Shown: piece after piece, positions 61,188 through 64,000 of the stretch | Layout of the letters: every line of letters starts with the position of its first letter | How positions within the stretch are numbered: the stretch's first letter is position 1 | Source: Polyangiaceae bacterium | GTDB lineage: Bacteria; Myxococcota_A; Polyangia; Polyangiales; Polyangiaceae | NCBI GenBank assembly: GCA_020633205.1 | Contig: JACKEB010000014.1 | Location: forward strand, 331,392-395,391 | Direction: 5' to 3' | DNA length: 64,000 nucleotides | Translations under genes and position numbers: made by a program | Notes under the pieces: generated by a model | What the model saw: the letters and a program-made list of their open reading frames with translations, nothing else | The model's database searches: none | What the model was told of the DNA's origin: nothing

Positions 61188-63935
61188 CTATTCGGACGGA
61201 ACGCAGCTGACTTGCTGATTCCAAGCCTGGACTGAAGGCGCGCTACCTCCGTCCGTCGATGGATGCAGGTTCATGCGGATGCGAACGAACGGGCTCTGTT
61301 GGGGCACGCCCGCGGCGACCAGCGCTTCGGTGAGATTGGCCGAGCCGCTCTGGGTGTTGGTTGGCGTGCTGCGCGCGATGGCCTGCGTGCCCGCCAAGCC
61401 CGACGGGCCCGGTGGGTTCGTGAACCTGACAGGATAGAACGTCGCGCTATTGAGGCCCGCCGCGGTGCTGGCTGCGGCCACCTGAAATTCCACACGGGAA
61501 TCAGAGGGTGTGGTCGCCGACCATGACCAGAGGCCCCACACCGGCTTGGTTCCCGCTCCGCAGAAGGTCGCGTCGTAGTCCCGATCGAAGTAGCCCGACG
61601 AGTACCCAGGGTTGCCCGGGGCTTGCTGCGAGAGACAGCCGAACACCACCTCGATCTGGGCGTATGGGTCTGCCGAGACAGTGCTACACGTCGTGGGGCA
61701 GAGCGTGACCTTCGTTGGGTTGGTGTTGTTGTCGAAGTACCAACCGCCGTTGGCGCCGCAGGCCGCAGCATTGGTTACCTTCAGGATCGCCGAGGTACCA
61801 CTGCCGTTGCCCTTCGTGTAGACGACGTTGACCTGCGCAGGGTCGATGGTGCCAGACGTTGGGGTTGGGATGTCGAAGGTGCAGCTCACCCCCTGATTCC
61901 GAATCGCTGTCAGCGCGTCGATGAAGCCTTGCGCGTCGTTCGCCGCAACGACGATTGCCTGGGTGGTACCGCCCGCGTTCGCCCAGTTGTTCATGTTGGT
62001 GACACCTGCGCCGGTCCCAACGCCGATCACGAAGGTGTTGATTTTCGAAGAGCCATTGAACCCGTTGGCGATCGACGTCTGCACGTTGCTCACTGTCGAG
62101 CTGCAGTCGTTGGGCAGACCGTCGGTTGCAAGCACCACCACCGTCTTGCGGCCGGTGTTGCTCTGGTTCGTGATCGCGCGGCTGATCGCGCCATCGATGG
62201 CGGGTTTCGTCGGCGTGTTACCGCCTACGCCGGTGCCGGAGATCGAGCTCGTCAGCGAGGCAGCGTTACCTGGCAGCAGCCCGATGTTGACGTTCGGGTT
62301 CGCGTAGTTGCTGCTGCTGCAGTAGGAGCTACTGCCGTTTCCGAAGTACTCGATGCCCATGCCGATGCCGCTCGAGTAGGAGTCATTGATGAACGTGGTC
62401 AGCGCGCCGGTGACCGTGTTCCAAGGTGTGCCGTTCATCGAGCACGAGCGGTCGAGCATCACGTAGAGGTCGACCGGAGCGAGCTGCGCCTGCGCCGAGT
62501 CGTTTGCGCAGGATGACAGGCTAGGGTCGCTGACCGTGCAGTAGCAGCCAGCGAGGTCCGCGCACAGCGAGTCCCAGTTGCCACTGCAGCACGAGGGCCG
62601 GTCGTTGCAGATGGACTGAATGCAGTTGCCGAGGTTTGCGGTGCTGACCTGGGTGGGGTTGTAGCCACGCACCCTGATGTCATCCAGCGACCAACCAGGG
62701 CTCTCCTCGAACCAGTAGCTGTAGTCGGTGCTGTGCGTGAAGGTGCGGAAGGCCAGGCGGATCGCCTGTCCGGCGTACGCGCTTAGGTCGACAGTCACCT
62801 TCTCCCAGTTGGAGCTGTTGTAGCTCGACGCGGGAGCGTAAACACGGCCCAGGTAGTTGAGCCCCGGGTCGCTGTACACGAGCACGTCACCGTCCACGGG
62901 CCAGTCGTGATGCAAGTGCTGCCAGAAGGTCAGATCGGCCGCGTTGTGCGGCGTCAGATCGATGGGCGGGCTCAGCAGGTAGGGGTCGCCGTAGTACCAG
63001 ATCTCCCACCCGTACACGCAGCCGCCGATGTTCAAACCAGCGACGCCGTTGTTGCCACCCGAGCTGTGATCCGTGCCAGGATCGTTCCCCACGGAACCGC
63101 AACCGCTCGAAGAGGCTGAGCCAATCTCCCATGGCGAGTCCCAGAGCCAACCCTGGTTATTGTTGGCGAAGTGCTCGATGAACACATCCTCCCAGCCGAC
63201 CACGCTGTTCGTGTTATCGCATCCGACAGGTAGCGCCGCGCCGGTGGTGCAGACCGAGTGTGAGCAAGTACCGAACACCTGGCAGACGTCGGCGGGAGGA
63301 GCTGGACACGCCGCGCCGGGCACGGTGACTCCGCCGGGGCCGGTGATGACTCCGCCAGGCCCGGGGTCGACACCGTTCGCGTCGTCGTTGAACTCCTTGC
63401 AGTAAGGATCGCAGACGTTCCCCACGCAGCTCTGGGCGCTGCCCAGGTTCATCGCGCCGGCGCTCGGCTTCTGGACGAGGCTCGTGTTGTTGATCACGCA
63501 CTCGCCCCACGTGCCGTCGCTGCACACCGACTCGCCGAAGCCGCACGCGACCTGATCGTTGATCACCGCCTCGACTTTGCCGCACGCAGCGCGCTCGCCG
63601 TCTGAATCCGCGGGGCAAGGGCACCCCTCGCGCCCGGGCATGTCGCAGTAGTAACACTCGTTCGTGCTGTTCGGGTCGCTGTCGTTGCAGTCACGCCCCG
63701 ACAAGCAACCGTCGCCGAACCCGTCGCCGTCCGCGTCGTCGCAGGTCGCTCCGCCGCCCGAACCGCCATCGCCAACAGTACCCAGCGGGTCCTCGCCGGA
63801 GCAACCAGCAGGAGCGACCAGAACCGCCGATGCACCGATTGCCATCAGACCAAGCGGCATCACGAGGCGCTGGATCCTGGATGCCCAAGCTGTTCGGCCA
63901 GAGGCCGTCTCCGATGTATGCGGCAGTTCGCTCAT
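61188..63935 (-). CDS. Large secreted lipoprotein with Cys-rich modules and a vWA (MIDAS) domain, paralogue 2
   Basis: Signal/lipobox ...VLVAPAGCSG. DADGDGFGDGC...DCND. DLYVMLDRSCSMN. The C-terminus ...WNQQVSCVPSE parallels ...WNLQLSCVPSE of paralogue 1. Alternative ATG at 63860. Confidence 0.85.
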   Translation of the reverse strand: MSELPHTSETASGRTAWASRIQRLVMPLGLMAIGASAVLVAPAGCSGEDPLGTVGDGGSGGGATCDDADGDGFGDGCLSGRDCNDSDPNSTNECYYCDMPGREGCPCPADSDGERAACGKVEAVINDQVACGFGESVCSDGTWGECVINNTSLVQKPSAGAMNLGSAQSCVGNVCDPYCKEFNDDANGVDPGPGGVITGPGGVTVPGAACPAPPADVCQVFGTCSHSVCTTGAALPVGCDNTNSVVGWEDVFIEHFANNNQGWLWDSPWEIGSASSSGCGSVGNDPGTDHSSGGNNGVAGLNIGGCVYGWEIWYYGDPYLLSPPIDLTPHNAADLTFWQHLHHDWPVDGDVLVYSDPGLNYLGRVYAPASSYNSSNWEKVTVDLSAYAGQAIRLAFRTFTHSTDYSYWFEESPGWSLDDIRVRGYNPTQVSTANLGNCIQSICNDRPSCCSGNWDSLCADLAGCYCTVSDPSLSSCANDSAQAQLAPVDLYVMLDRSCSMNGTPWNTVTGALTTFINDSYSSGIGMGIEYFGNGSSSYCSSSNYANPNVNIGLLPGNAASLTSSISGTGVGGNTPTKPAIDGAISRAITNQSNTGRKTVVVLATDGLPNDCSSTVSNVQTSIANGFNGSSKINTFVIGVGTGAGVTNMNNWANAGGTTQAIVVAANDAQGFIDALTAIRNQGVSCTFDIPTPTSGTIDPAQVNVVYTKGNGSGTSAILKVTNAAACGANGGWYFDNNTNPTKVTLCPTTCSTVSADPYAQIEVVFGCLSQQAPGNPGYSSGYFDRDYDATFCGAGTKPVWGLWSWSATTPSDSRVEFQVAAASTAAGLNSATFYPVRFTNPPGPSGLAGTQAIARSTPTNTQSGSANLTEALVAAGVPQQSPFVRIRMNLHPSTDGGSAPSVQAWNQQVSCVPSE

Positions 63936-64000
63936 GGTTCTCTCTCAGGGCAGGCGATGGATCGCGAAGTTGGTCTGCGAGCCAGATACACGCATGGCCA

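Noticed and set aside
61623-62516. 297-aa ORF antisense to vWA paralogue 2 (and similar ORFs opposite paralogue 1)
   Set aside because: The sense frames are mutually conserved paralogues with a MIDAS motif. The antisense frames are not conserved in a coding-like way.

Overview
High-GC segment (about 63-66 % GC by hand spot counts). It is almost certainly chromosomal DNA of a myxobacterium (Myxococcota). Supporting markers: a MYXO-CTERM-type sorting tail, a Myxococcus cysteine-rich repeat, MopE-like metal-binding motifs, a eukaryote-like Ser/Thr kinase, atypical Hsp70-like ATPases, and many Cys-lipobox lipoproteins. I support about 55 protein genes. Housekeeping anchors are cysS, eno, topA and NAD kinase. 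There are two two-component modules (FIST + hybrid kinase; LytS/LytTR). I saw no rRNA, tRNA, CRISPR array, transposase or integrase. All family calls come from motif recognition by eye, not from database searches. Start codons are often ambiguous because SD sites are weak and GTG/TTG starts are common. Most of the long ORFs in the track that lie antisense to these genes are GC-driven artefacts. Observations most worth a second look: (1) A locally low-GC, translationally coupled ABC-type ATPase + Toprim-like (DUF4276/OLD-like) gene pair at 20.3-22.2 kb, with a DUF1697 gene abutting it; this is a candidate uncharacterised conflict/defence module. (2) A radical SAM/SPASM enzyme and an outer-membrane barrel transcribed divergently from a palindrome-bearing spacer, bracketed by two paralogous zinc-ribbon/TM-anchored Cys-rich proteins (51.2-54.4 kb), with no visible precursor peptide. 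(3) Two atypical Hsp70-like ATPases, one translationally coupled to DUF2760, lying 13 kb apart. (4) A tandemly duplicated about 0.4-0.5 kb non-coding element with a hairpin-bearing indel immediately upstream of cysS. (5) Two tandem paralogous about 900-aa secreted vWA proteins. (6) A near-consensus sigma-54 promoter in front of a persulfide-dioxygenase-like MBL gene.
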